Assembly (NCBI RefSeq): GCF_011386835.1
Contig: NC_088791.1
Span: 350,424,001-350,488,000, forward strand
DNA length: 64,000 nt
Origin: Chrysemys picta bellii
Lineage: Eukaryota
Direction: 5' to 3'
Both the position numbers and the translations under genes were made by a program. The notes below the pieces were generated by a model. That model was not told where the DNA came from and did no database searches. It saw nothing but the letters and a program-made list of their open reading frames with translations. Numbering within the stretch: the stretch's first letter is position 1; each line of letters starts with the position of its first letter. Of the stretch, positions 1 through 11,409 are shown in pieces.

Positions 1-310
1 AGTCAACCTGTGGAACTCCTTGCCAGAGGATGTTGTGAAGGCCAAGACTATAACAGGGTTCAAAAAAAAACCCTACATAAATGTATGGAGGATAGGTCAA
101 TCAATGGCTATTAGCCAGGATGGACAAGGATGGTGTCCCTGACCACTGTTTGCCAGAAGCTGGGAATGGGTGACATGGGGTGGATCACTTGATAATTGCC
201 TGTTCTATTCATTCCCTCTGGGCACCTGGCATTGCCCAATTTCAGAAGAAAGGATACTGGTTTATATGGAACATTGGTCTGACTCAGTATGGCCATTCTT
301 ATGTTCTTAA
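1..310 (+). mobile_element. CR1 LINE 3' end (ORF2 tail + 3' UTR)
   Basis: GTGGAACTCCTTGCCAGAGGATGTTGTGAAGGCC...GGTCTGACTCAGTATGGCCATTCTTATGTTCTTA; the same 3' UTR and TTCTTATGTTCTTA tail recur at 11790-12107 and 39760-40070. Confidence 0.85.
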
Positions 311-908
311 TTGTCCCACTCTTCGAGCTGGGAACAACACCCCATCTATGCTAAATGCTTATCACCAAACAGGTCTGACTGGACACCTCAGTCTCTTTCC
401 TTCTGATGCTTATGACCAGAGCTATACAGTCACCCCCAACCTCAGTCCTTGGGGCCTGAGGTAGCCCTGCAGGCACCCTGCCCTTCCCTCCAAGCTCCTT
501 ATAATGACTTCCTCTCAGACAGGAATACATAAAAGAGGAGCCCCCTTTGTAGGGTCACATTAATTCTGTCTTCTATAAAACACAGGCTCTCCTATCCTCT
601 GGTTCCATCCTCCTCCTTTACTCAGGAGCCCACTGCCCTTCTAGCTGTGGTCAGTGTTGGTTCAGGCTTCCGCACCCCCTGCTCCCCTTTTTACCCTGAG
701 GCCCCACACTCTGCCTCATCTCTTCCCCTGAGGGCCTGCCTTGTGCCCCATCTCTTCCCAGTGGGCACTACCCCCTGCCCCTCCAGTTCCCCTGAGGCTC
801 TGCCCCCCAGCCAGGCCAGAGCTGGGCTCTGGTAAGAGCTGGCCAGGGAGCCCAGGCCACTGTGGGGTGTTGGGATGGTGCAGAATTGTTGTGGCCATAC
901 TGAATGAA

Positions 909-1829
909 TGTTGTGAGAACATGGCTTGACATGACTGAACTGTGAAAGAGGATTCTAGGAGCAGAATCCTTTTCTTAGCATCAGGCAGATGCCAGAGGTG
1001 AAACCGACTGGCTCCATGCTGCGTGCATGCTCAATGCTGATCTTTGGGTCAGCAAATATGTTCACTTGAAAACAAACAACACATGTAGAACATTCTGAGT
1101 GGAGCATGGGCTGACTGGGGCATCTCAACCCTGTTGAAGGACATCACGCAGGGGGCTGAAGTGAATGATTGATAAGGGAGTAAATGTGGAATAATGTTCA
1201 GATGCCACCACTCTGCAGTCTCCTCCTAAAGTATTAAGTAGGTAAAAATTAGTAACCACACGCCCACTGGGAATGCTTTTAAGACATGTGACTCCTTTGA
1301 GGAAAAAGAGTATAAAAATCAAGCAAATTAAATTACCGTTGGGATTCCTTGATTGACGCTTGAAGAAGCAACATTGTTAGACAGAGTAGACAAAACCCTG
1401 CTCTGTAGGCTCGAGTGGGACTGTGAACCAGAAGGTCTCAAGGCAACTGAGGCCTTACTTAACAGACCAGACGAAGAGAGAAGAAGCCATCTATAAAGTT
1501 GGTAACCACCTTTTCTGTTTGCCAAGTAGGAACTGTGTAAGGCTAGCACAGGGCCTGTTTTTGTATGTTTGTGAAAAAGAGACTTGATAAGGGGAACGTA
1601 TAGCTCTTATTGTATAGCTCTTAATGTCTACTATAGGAGTTATGTGCTTAATATAACCCTTTACTGCTTGTGTATTCCTTCTCAATAAACTGCTGCACAT
1701 TGAAAATAATTACTGGGGACCTTTTTCACTGGTATGACAATAATCTGCTCCAACAGGAGCCAGTAAAGATCCATTTCAGGGGTAGTAGCGCCCCCTGTTG
1801 TCAACATGGGGTATCCAGGACTCTCCACA
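909..1829 (+). mobile_element. Probable solo LTR
   Basis: Starts TGTTGTGAG and ends CCACA; TATAAAA near 1311 and AATAAA near 1684; no clean TSD, so boundaries are approximate. Confidence 0.45.
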
Positions 1830-1849
1830 ATGGTGATTGTCTGAGTATC

Positions 1850-2016
1850 TCTACACCTCTGACTGTCAGAAGCTGGAAGCAGATGACAGGGGACGGATCA
1901 CTTGATAATTGCCCTGTTCTGTTCATTCCTTCTGAAGTATCTGCACGGGTCACTGTCAGAACACTGGGGTAGATGGACCATTGGGCTGACCCAATAAGGC
2001 TGCTCTTATGTTCTTA
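1850..2016 (+). mobile_element. CR1 3' UTR fragment at the left edge of module 1
   Basis: Matches the CR1 tails at 11940-12107 and 39900-40070, and is followed by the same unique flank in all three places. Confidence 0.75.
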
Positions 2017-3159
2017 AATTGTTCCACTCATTGAGGAGCTCCTGCAGACAGGCCCTTCCAGGGGCTCCCTCTGCTATAGAGCTGGCGTAGCCACCCTAGC
2101 AGATGTCCAGGGCCTGCTCAGGGTGGGAGTCTAATAAGGGAAGGGGTGGCGAGTGCTGTCACCTGGGGGTGTGGTCCTGTAGCACAAGGGACAGAGGTGC
2201 ATGTTTTGAGCTAGAACTAGGCTGGAAAACAGACACATTTACCCCCATGAAAAAATTTGACCCAAACTAAAATGTCTCTTTATCATCCAGTTTTAGGGGT
2301 GAGTTGCCATAGAAAACGGATCATTTTTCTCTGAAAGCTCAGCTGCCATGGTGCTGCCTACCTGCAGCTGCCTGGATCCCCATGAGACGCAGGCTTTTCA
2401 TCTGCCTCTCCCTCGTAACGTAAATGAAGTTGGCACTGATGGAGTCAATGGCTGCACTCTGGGAATGGAAAGGTCGAAACATCCTGACCAGTCTACGGCT
2501 GGGGTATTGTGCCCATCAGCTACTCTAACCAGCCTTCCCATCTCTGTGCAGCCCTCTCCACCCTGTACAACGCCCCTTCAGCAGATCCTGCAGGCAGTGG
2601 CTACTGTGACAGGCCCTGGTAGCACATCTCTGATGAACCTGTGCTAGCAGGGAGCTGGAGAGGGTCCTAGAGCAGTAGTGAAGGCCCAGAGATTATGGGT
2701 GGGTGGGCCTAGCTACCAGTGGATCACTGAAATCTGTGCTAACTTTGGGGATCCCTGGATCCTGGGTCCCCCTTTTCATTCCTCAGAGAGAAGGGACGGG
2801 ATCCCCCTAACAGAATGATCCGAGGGAAATTTCCCTGTACGGAGCCTTGTGGAATCTCCCTTCCCTGGCCTGCACCCTGGGTGTTTAATGCAGGAAAGGA
2901 GGCTGCGGGGGAGAAAGCTGGTTCTATATTATTATTATTATTATTTTATTTCAGCAAGATTACAGCTGTGCCAGCATCATCGTTAACCCTCGGACTCCCC
3001 CGAGGTAGCCATGTGACTAATCATACGAACAGTGATGACAAGCCCGGATTCCAGGAATAGAGCCTTCAGCAGACTTGGCACTGCAGTCCATGTGGATAGG
3101 ATCACCACACGTCCCCTGTGGATTTGGCCTCCTCCAGTTTTCCATTGGCTGTGACAGGG

Positions 3160-3250
3160 GTTACAGCTGGTGCACATTAAGCCGAGCACCTGAGGTTCCC
3201 TGATGGCCAAGTGGCCCCCAAGGGAATGTGCAGGCATGCTTCATAAAGAC
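3160..3250 (+). promoter_or_regulatory. Conserved block with O/E (EBF)-type site CCCCAAGGGA; candidate OR promoter/enhancer
   Basis: Site at 3216-3225, with counterparts at 13697-13706, 29902-29911 (TCCCAAGGGA), 41564-41573 and 51782-51791 (CCCCAAAGGA). All fit YYYCARRRR. The block differs by only 3-4 nt in 86 between modules 1, 2 and 4. Confidence 0.4.
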
Positions 3251-3383
3251 AGTTGCCTCCCCATCTGAACAGATACTGCCTGCTGCCCGTGCAACCTCTC
3301 TGATGACTCCTTGTCCTTTAGGGTGAAGCCCTTTGGTGTCAGCGGCTCCTCGTCTAGCAGGAATTGGGTACGTTGGAAGGTTT

Positions 3384-3468
3384 AGTTGGGATTGGTCCTG
3401 CTTTGAGCAGGGGGTTAGACTAGATACCTCTGGAGGTCCCTTCCAACCCTGATAGTCTATGATTCTAT
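3384..3468 (+). mobile_element. CR1 3' tail, module-1-specific insertion
   Basis: GGTCCCTTCCAACCCTGATAGTCTATGATTCTAT tail; flanked by GTTT/GTTT; absent at the paralogous sites (~13860, ~30805, ~41730). Confidence 0.85.
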
Positions 3469-5135
3469 GTTTCAGTGTCTTTAAAATGCGAAGTGAAGGG
3501 AAAGGGCTGCGAGCTGTTTACATTTGCAGATGTTCTGTGCTACAGCAACAAACTCAGCTGGGGTGTTCTTGTGACAGTGATGGGCAGGCAGCGCTAGGGC
3601 GCTTGTCAACCCCTCCCCGACATCTGCCCATGGTCCATGGTGGGTTGTTCAAGCTATAAAGAAATGCGACGTTCAAAGAGAGCTTGGAGTATTAAAACCC
3701 CGATGCCTCGAGTCAGTATTTCATAAGGGGTCCCTTTTCTAGAGGTGCCATGTGCTCTGGGCCCGATCCTGCCAGGGGCTGAGGGAGAGGAGACCCCATG
3801 GAATATCAGTGACTAGTTCCCAAATTACCTCAGGTTTATTTGCTGCTGGAAATTTAATAAGCAAATGAATTGATAATGATTTTGTTCTCTGGCTCGACCG
3901 TGAATGCAGGAATTCAGAGCTATGGTACTCTGTAGTAACAAGTCCAATAGCGCATATTTCTGTTTCCTGACTGGCTGAGGGCTCCAGTGTTTCTATAAAT
4001 ACCCCTCAGAGTTACAGGGGTACCGGCATCTCTGCCCCCTCTCTGGTCTCCAAGTGCCAGATCTGAGTCCTCAATAAATTTCCATCTCATGGGGTGGAAT
4101 CCTACAACTCTCCCACTCTCAGACGCCCTGGGCTACAGCGTCTGTGCCTGCCCAGCTGGTCCAACTGGGTTCAGCACCTGTGATTCTTCCCTCTGGGAGT
4201 CTGTGAGTAGTGGTGAGACAAGTGACCAGCCAGCCTTCTAGAACCAAAATACTGTTTAATATGAACAGTAGGAATAAAGTGTAAGATGGGAGAATAAGTT
4301 GGGTTCTCAAACAGCAGGCTTGACTCCAAGCCCTCCCTCTCTTACGGGGACCCTGGCAGGCCGAGGGCCTTGAGTCTTCCCCACCAGTGTCTGTGCGCGT
4401 CAGTCTGAAGAGCTTCTCAGCAACAGCTGCCCCACCTGTGAACAGACTCATAGCACTGGCAAAACAAGCTGTGTAACGTGGCTGGAGCCGGGAATTAGGC
4501 GTTTTCCAGCTAGTAGCTCTGGTGTTGTCTCTCAGCTTCCCTTAAGTCCTTACTGAGCGATGGCTTTTCTTCAGCTGTTGCTTCCCTTCTTGCTTGTTCT
4601 CCACAAGCCTCTGTTAAACTAAGAGAAGCGGTACTGGTTTAACCTAATACAGCCGTAACATAAACATCCCAATAGTCAACCCAATATAGCTCTACAGCAA
4701 ACATCCCCAGAACATTATAGTAGCTCCATGAATACTCATGCATTTGACTTTGAAATCCACTTCCTGCAAACCCTCATCATGCCTGAATAACAGGTGCTGG
4801 GGTTACTATGTACTAGAGAGTGAGAGCTCAGGGAATGAATATTTCATATACTGATCCCAATGCCTGTTACCACCCTGGATACTGGCTACAGAGAGACAGA
4901 ACAGAACCTGCTATTTGCCCAGGGGCAGAGGAGCTACTAGACTTTTGCTTCCTGACAAGTGACTGAATGAGGGCTGAGACGCTACGATCTTTTCAAGTTC
5001 TGAAGAAATCCAGATGACAGACGCTACATTCTAAATCCCACTCTGACCTGAGAACTCATCTCTGAAAGCAGATCAGAGGGCAAAGAATGGATTGATACGT
5101 GTGTATTACAGTACAGATGTGTAAATTTTATGCCA

Positions 5136-5144
5136 AAACTTTTC
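5136..5144 (+). promoter_or_regulatory. AAACTTTTC motif (identical to the class I OR J-element motif)
   Basis: Also at 15177-15185, 32700-32708 and 53665-53673; variant AAACTTTTA at 43549-43557; a second AAACTT(T/C)C follows ~30 nt downstream in all five modules. Confidence 0.3.
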
Positions 5145-5642
5145 ACTGTAATACAAATATTAAAAACCAAACTTCCATGACATTCATGTATATTGACAGC
5201 CAGAAGTAGCGTTGTTGGAATCTCTACAGGAAGGAGAAGTGGTAACTTTACTGCTTAATGGCTTTTGCTTTCGAAAGTATTTCAGTAGTACTCCAAATAC
5301 TGTTGGCAATGGGTTTGAGTTATTAACTCTTTGTTCAGTGAACAGTTGTACGATACTGTCTCCTAGTAACTGACCAGAAGCTGTTTCTAACACTTACAAT
5401 TGGGGTCATGAACACAATTCATGTGCAGTCTTTCCAAAAAGTCGTGAGAGACCAGAACCGCTGGTCAGTGTTTCAGGAAAGAGTAGACCTGAGGTGCAGA
5501 AAAAGGGAGTGAAAATTACCCATCACCTCTTATACATGCATGGCTGAAATAACTTGCACACCCATGTGTGAAGAAAACCCCTCCCTCACCCAGCTGAAGT
5601 AACTGTCTGTGTTAGCTTGTAACTTCCCAGATAACTACAGAG

Positions 5643-6140
5643 TGAAATATAATTATTCTACTTAACTGCCAGGGGGCAAATTTGTCACATACACATGGGA
5701 AACATCAGCTATTGATAATCTTAACTCAGGAAGTTCCTTCGAGAGGAAATGTAGCCAAACTCCAAACCTGGAGACAATGGAACTTTCTGTGCCTGCGTCC
5801 TGTAGATAACTAACTGCTTGGTTTGCAAAATAATGTAAGGGGGGGGGGGGGGGGGCAAGTAGATGAACAATAAGGGGTCATAAGAGGGACGGATACATGT
5901 AGCTTGCTAATTATGTATGGTAATGATAGCAAATTTTGGTCAGTTATGGAGCAATAGATTATCATAGTCAACTGCATATAATGCTTTGCTGTAAGTGTTA
6001 TCTTTGTTCTTGCTGACTTATGAGCTCGAACCCAATTGCAACTGAAATAAACGGATCGCCCCTCCCAGGGTTTCTTGCTTGATTAGCTGTGTCCATCTCT
6101 CCTTATTCCTCAGCTGGAATGGACAGGAATTTCTATGACA
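5643..6140 (+). mobile_element. Solo LTR, module-1-specific
   Basis: TGAAA...TGACA ends; 4-bp TSD AGAG/AGAC; TATA-like CATATAA near 5976 and AATAAA near 6046; the empty site CTACAGACC is seen in module 2 (~15735). Confidence 0.65.
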
Positions 6141-6699
6141 AGACCATTGCATGGGGAGAGGATGCAGGTCATGTGACAATGAAGAGAAGCCTATTGGATG
6201 ATCAAACTCTCTGGATTCAGTCAGATTGTCCAGGCAAAGCACTTCAGCTCCTCTTGGGCGGGATTCTTGGGAGTCAAAGTGTATCACCAGGAGGATTTTG
6301 TAAGGGAAAGTTAATAGAGCCCATTTCTGACTGAATTTACACATGTAAATCTTGAGTAATACCATTGAAGTCAATGATATTGAATTCAGAACCTGGCCTT
6401 AAGAATTTATCCCATGTGCTGGAAAGAGGCAGACACATTTATAAATAGCTTCAGTCCAGGACAGATAAATACAATGACCACTTTCACCGTGTTCTTCCCA
6501 TGTGTTCTCTGAAGAATCTGGACCTGGCCACTGGATACTGGGCTATATGTACTACAGTTCTGATCCAGTCTGGCAGTGCCTATCTTCCTATTGGTGGTGT
6601 AAATCCAAGACTATGTTTTACTCATCTTCCTTGAGCTCCTGGGAGTCTCTAGACTTGCAGTGAGAGCAGAAAGATGTCTCACTAAATGTCATCCAGTCT

Positions 6700-6719
6700 C
6701 CTGTTATTTCTCCTTTCAG
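6700..6719 (+). other. 3' splice acceptor of the OR coding exon
   Basis: Polypyrimidine tract + CAG (TTATTTCTCCTTTCAG); paralogous acceptors end at 16693, 34190, 44410 and 55807; 31-41 nt upstream of the ATG except in module 3. Confidence 0.7.
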
Positions 6720-6749
6720 GAAGAAAAGTTCAAAACTCCAGCGTACATT

Positions 6750-7685
6750 ATGTCAGCTGTCAATGACACCAAATTCAACTCTGCAGTGTTCCTTCTCACC
6801 GGGATACCTGGGTACGAAGAGGTGCATCTCTGGATCTCTATCCCCTTCTGCCTAATGTATGTTATTTTGATAGTAGGAAATTCAGTCATTCTGTTCATTA
6901 TAAAAACAGATCCAAGCCTCCATGAGCCCATGTACATTTTCCTTTCCATGTTGGCCCTCACAGACCTTGGCTTATCGATAGCCACCATACCGACGATACT
7001 GGGCATATTCTTGTTTAATGCTAGGGAGATCAGCTTTGATGCCTGTTTTGCCCAGTTGTTTTTTATCCACTCGCTTCAATGCATTGAATCCTCCGTGCTC
7101 TTGTTGATGGCCTTTGACCGCTATGTAGCGATCTGTTACCCACTGAGATATGCTTCCATCTTAACACTGCAAAGAATAGCCAAGATGGGACTGGTGTGTG
7201 TGCTAAGAGGAGTAACCGTAATAATCCCACTCCCCCTTCTCCTGAAACGGTTCCGATATTGTCGAGCCAATGTCCTGTCCCATTCCTACTGCCTGCACCA
7301 GGACATCATGAAGCTGGCTTGTTCAGACATCACAGTCAACAGCATCTATGGCTTGTCTGGTTCACTCTTAATTATGGGGTTGGACTCGCTGCTCATCTTC
7401 CTCTCTTATGTGATGATCCTCAAAACTGTGCTGAGTGTTGCGTCCCCTGCGGAGTGCCTCAGGGCCCTGAACACCTGTGTCTCCCACCTCTGCGTTGTCC
7501 TGCTCTTCTACACACCAGAGATAAGCTTGACTGTGATACACAGATTCGGAAACAGCTCTTCTCACTTGCTTCAGATTCTCCTGAGCTACATCTACCTTCT
7601 CGTCCCGCCTCTGATGAACCCAGTCGTGTACAGCGTGAAAAGCAAACACCTTCGTGCGAGGATCATCAGGGTGTTCGTCAAGTGA
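6750..7685 (+). CDS. Class I olfactory receptor, OR51-family-like (OR copy 1), 311 aa
   Basis: Motifs GN (TM1), LHEPMYIFLSMLA, MAFDRYVAICYPLRY, SHSYCLHQD, LNTCVSH, HRFG, PPLMNPVVYSVKSK; N-glycosylation sequon NDT at N5; the ATG aligns with the paralog starts. Confidence 0.97.
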   Translation: MSAVNDTKFNSAVFLLTGIPGYEEVHLWISIPFCLMYVILIVGNSVILFIIKTDPSLHEPMYIFLSMLALTDLGLSIATIPTILGIFLFNAREISFDACFAQLFFIHSLQCIESSVLLLMAFDRYVAICYPLRYASILTLQRIAKMGLVCVLRGVTVIIPLPLLLKRFRYCRANVLSHSYCLHQDIMKLACSDITVNSIYGLSGSLLIMGLDSLLIFLSYVMILKTVLSVASPAECLRALNTCVSHLCVVLLFYTPEISLTVIHRFGNSSSHLLQILLSYIYLLVPPLMNPVVYSVKSKHLRARIIRVFVK

Positions 7686-8034
7686 AGGGTCAGTTCATCA
7701 CCCGGCTCCAGCGCTGGTGACATGGGAGACCAAAAACACGAGACACGGACACTTATTCCATCCTGGACCCTTACATCTGAGACGAGATGAGCTACTCATC
7801 TCCTGTCTATAGAGAGAAGTTGAGATGGGGTCTAAGGCTTGAAGCAATGGGATAGGGACTGCCGCCACCTGCTAGTGAGGGAGGACAGCGCTCACTGGGG
7901 GAAGGAGACCAAGGCAGGCAGCAGCATTTACAAAGTGACTGTGTTCATGGATCGCCAGGGGACCGGTGGAATTTTGGGCCATAAAGATCCATATCGGTAG
8001 CTACTCCGACCTCAGAATTCCTGGCTATACAGTC

Positions 8035-8040
8035 AATAAA
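8035..8040 (+). terminator. Poly(A) signal of OR copy 1
   Basis: AATAAA 350 nt after the stop, followed by T/GT-rich sequence; paralogous AATAAA at 36601 and 57079, AATACA at 18001, AGTAAA at 46855. Confidence 0.55.
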
Positions 8041-9787
8041 GAGAAGGGACGTGGATCTTGTTTCCCATTACACCTGGACTGTCACTGAGCCGTTTCTGGT
8101 AAAACATCCACAGGCCATGAAAAAAGCTGCAGTCGCAGTCCTGGCCCTTCCTGAGCGCTCTGGGTGCAGCATGACCCATGGGTGCTGCACCAGGTGTGGA
8201 CAGGGGCTATTCCAGGGACACGGACACCCACCCTTCCCCCACGCCCTCAGCCAGGTGCTTGTGACTGAGCCGTGTCAGAGACATAATTAAGGCAGGAGCC
8301 CCAGGGGAAGCCATGCAGGCAGTACATCCTTGCCCCCACGCTTATGGCTCTGTAGACCACACACCTGCTCAGCCCTCTCCCCACCGAGGCAGAACAGAGC
8401 TGCATGTGTGAGTGAGGGTCTGACCCACAGGTGTCCTGGCAAAAGACTCAGGCCCAGATTCCCTCCTCCTCCCTCTGTTTGTGCTGCCCTAGCAATGCAA
8501 AGGGGTGGAAAAGGGAATCCGCTCCCCATCACAGGCACGGCTAGCTCCTCTCGCAAAAGCAGAACATATACAAGAGCAACGTCTCCACATTGACCCAGCC
8601 CCTGCCCCTCTTCTTCCCCCCAGGCCACTCCCTCTGCCCTATCCCTTCCCCCAAGCCCCACCCACTGCTCCTCCTCTTTATCTGAGGCTCCACCCCTTCT
8701 CCAGGCCCGAAGCCAGCGCCGGAGCATGGTAAGAGCTCCCCAGGGAGCCAGCGCCACTGTGCGGAGCCCAAGACCCTCCTCCTGCCCTGGGCAGGTGGCC
8801 TGAGATCAGCCCCCAGCTTGTGTCCCTCACCCAAGGACGTACCCCCAGGAGTACTGTCGAGAGTTCCTGCTTTCTCCAGTGCACAAGAGATGCCAGCTGG
8901 ACCTGTCAATGCTCAGATAGCTGGAAGTCTGGTCCTGTGGCCTTGGCACTGCTCTGTGACTCAACCGAGTTAGGTTTGATTCCCGTGCCATGTGACCATG
9001 GGCAAGCTATTGGTTGTGTCCGAGCCTCTGCACAGGTGGATAATAGCCCTGCCCTGCCTCACAGCGGTGGCAGGAGGATAAATACATTCAAGGTGCTCAG
9101 ACCCTAAGGTCAGGGCTATGTCAGGGCTCCACAGAGCAAAGCCACTGACATTTCTTACCACAGCCTCCTGTGACAGCTGGCTTCTGGGAAGCCCCGTGAC
9201 TCCAGTATCTTGGTGTCTGTGGCAGATGTGGCAATAAACCTGAACACGTTCCCTTGCTGAAAACCAAGTCTGTGCATTTATTGGTGCTGTGTTAGGTGCT
9301 GAGTACCGCCAGATTAATTTCTGGGTTTTTTTTTGTAGGCTCCTTACAGCTCTTTCCAATGTTTAATTTTGTTCCTGTGCTTGCTCTCTCTGTACCGCTT
9401 GCCGCCCTGCAAGGGGAGCGGGAGCACTCCAGGGCTCAGTGGATTCTCCTGCTTCTTTTAACTCTTTTTTGTTTGTTTGTTGTGACGTGTTGTCTTAACC
9501 ATTTAACAGCCGTGGTTATCGTTTGCAATATTCTATATTTCAAGACTACAGTCTCCGCCCTAGCCTTACAAATTGAATTACATGTTTCTTCCCTACTATA
9601 TTTCTTTAAATTCCTATAGACATCTTTTGCTAGCCACTCGGCACGTCCATACTTTATTGAACTCTCTGTGGAATTGTAGGGAGGGGTGAAGGGGATTCCC
9701 TAACACATAGTTCTCTGCCATGTTAGCTCACGATTCCTACAGAGGACAGCTAGCTTACTTGCCAGATCAGCGGTCGGGGATCGCCAG

Positions 9788-10240
9788 TGTTGTTCCGCTA
9801 TGAATGTGTGTTCTCCCTGTGTGCTGTCACAGCTCTGTGCAGACAGATGGCACAGCGGACCTCGAGCGAACCACCCAATAAATCCACAGACTCGGTTTTC
9901 AGCAAAGGCACTTGGTCACGTTTATTGCCAACGAAGCACGGTGCTAATGCCCTGGCTCCATGGTTACAGGAACACTAAGACATATATGCCGACGACAGTG
10001 GACCGGCTCAGTGAATGGTGGACTTTCCATTCTCCCCTCGGCCAGACAAAGACATGGCATCAGAGATACATCTTTATACACAGATACAAACAAGTTACAT
10101 ATTGCCCCTGACGTACCACCCTCTAACCTTTTAGGGTGCCACCCATTGATGTATCCAAGGGCCGCCCGTTACGTTGTACATGTTGGTTTGATCAAAACAT
10201 CTCTATCCATCATGCTGTTATTCCTGCCCTTCTCCTTTGC
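9788..10240 (-). mobile_element. LTR fragment (same family as 29947-30682)
   Basis: Colinear similarity to the 29947 LTR (GTGTTCTCCCTGTGTGCTG, CCGGCTCAGTG, TTTATACACAG.TACAAACAAGTTACA); minus-strand AATAAA and TATAAA. Confidence 0.7.
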
Positions 10241-10860
10241 TAAGTGGTGTTAATAGCACTGACCTACTGCGTGGGGTGTTGTACTGATAAATATGTTGCA
10301 GATTGCGAGGCTCTCGGATGCTATAATAATTGGAGCCAGAGTTAAGTGCCTTAGGGAGATTTCAGCTCTGTTTGCCTTATAAGGACAATTTGGGGCACTG
10401 GATGGAGAACCTGAACTCTTCCCAACACCCCTTGGGGATGAGGCCTGTCATTAGCACAGCCCCCTTTGACATGGGAGCTCTGTGCCCCTCCTGCAGCTCG
10501 GCAGTAAGAGGGGGAATCAGGACGTGCTTTCAGAGAGCGAAGGATCTGGAGTCCATTGCTTGGCCGAACAGAGCCCTGCTGGGCTGACTCATGGTCTGAT
10601 CCTGACCCCCACCCGCTCCATGAACACTGAGAGTCACTCTAACGCTGGAGATAGATCTCACACCCTGCATCCAAATTAAGAATGTCACCAAGTTTGGGGG
10701 TATCAGGATCAGGGGGAGGGGGTTGTTTGGGTCCAATAGGGAGCTAGCAGCAGGCTTTTGGAGCTGGGCTTGAGTCACACCCCTTTCTTTTAAGAATGTG
10801 CATGGCCTTGCTTAGCCGGTGTGTGCATGTCTCGTGCCTGAACATGAGGAGGAGACCCTC

Positions 10861-11065
10861 TACATTTGAAATACAGATACATAGTTAATATTCATAACGT
10901 CAGATATAAAAATCATACATGCACAAAATAGGATACTCATATTCTGGAAATCATAACTTTTCCATAGACACCTCACAAGATTTTTTTTGTACAAGATCTA
11001 TTATAACTATGTCATAATCATATCATAATGATACTATTATAATGAGTATGGGGGACAATGTCACA
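10861..11065 (-). mobile_element. LTR 5' fragment (family of 61122-62329)
   Basis: Reverse complement aligns to 61150-61305 (TTTGAAATACAGATAC..ATATTCATAAC); ends in TGTCACA. Confidence 0.7.
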
Positions 11066-11409
11066 ACTACCTCTTCACCTGCCCTGGAACCTGCATGGCC
11101 AATATAAAAAGCTCAGGTTCTTTGGGAAGAAACAGGCTTTTCCCCGGGTGGCTCAGGGTCTCAGGAGAGGAGGCGCGGTGCGGCGTGGCATGGCTGGGGG
11201 GATTCCAACCACAGAAGAGTGGGTGGGGCTCAGGGCTCCAGCCACGGGGGGGTGTAGAGACTCTGGGCTTCTCCAGGAGGGGGTGGGAGTCACCACTCTG
11301 GCTGTTAGGGGGGTTCAGGCAGAAAGCATGGGGCCAGAGGGGTAGCCTCCCCAAAAAGGGGCTCCACCCGCCACCCATTTGGAAACCATTTGGAAATGGA
11401 TAGATAATG

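Larger units (their letters stand above)
2017..11400 (+). repeat. OR duplication module 1 (~10 kb)
   Basis: Blocks recur colinearly in later modules (e.g. GTGACTAGTTCCCAAATTACCTCAG at ~3810/14213/42082; CATGAATACTCATGCATTTGAC at ~4728/14755/32307). Boundaries approximate. Confidence 0.85.

Noticed and set aside
2465-2647. 60-61-aa ORF (MERSKH...STSLMNLC) open in modules 1, 2 (12914-13096) and 4 (40783-40968)
   Set aside because: A manual codon comparison of modules 1 and 2 gives about 10 nonsynonymous to 3 synonymous changes, as expected under neutrality. No recognisable domain, and absent from modules 3 and 5.
2953-3367. Conserved TTTCAG acceptor-like site followed by a conserved block; considered as a coding exon of a second gene
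   Set aside because: All three + frames hit stops within ~35 codons, and the minus-strand ORFs change frame between modules. At most a non-coding exon.
5839-5856. Long poly-G (and poly-C at ~12736-12756) homopolymers
   Set aside because: Simple homopolymer tracts with error-prone length; no supporting context for a function.
6660-6749. N-terminal extensions of OR1 (GTG at 6660) and OR3 (TTG at 35279) in the ORF track
   Set aside because: Non-ATG starts. The OR1 extension crosses the splice acceptor into the intron and the OR3 extension lies in the LTR. The paralogs define the real ATG.
6716-7720. Recurrent antisense or alternate-frame ORFs over each OR (MPSIVG..., MFAFHAVHDW..., MARQYRNRF...)
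   Set aside because: Shadow ORFs of the conserved OR coding sequence; no independent signal.
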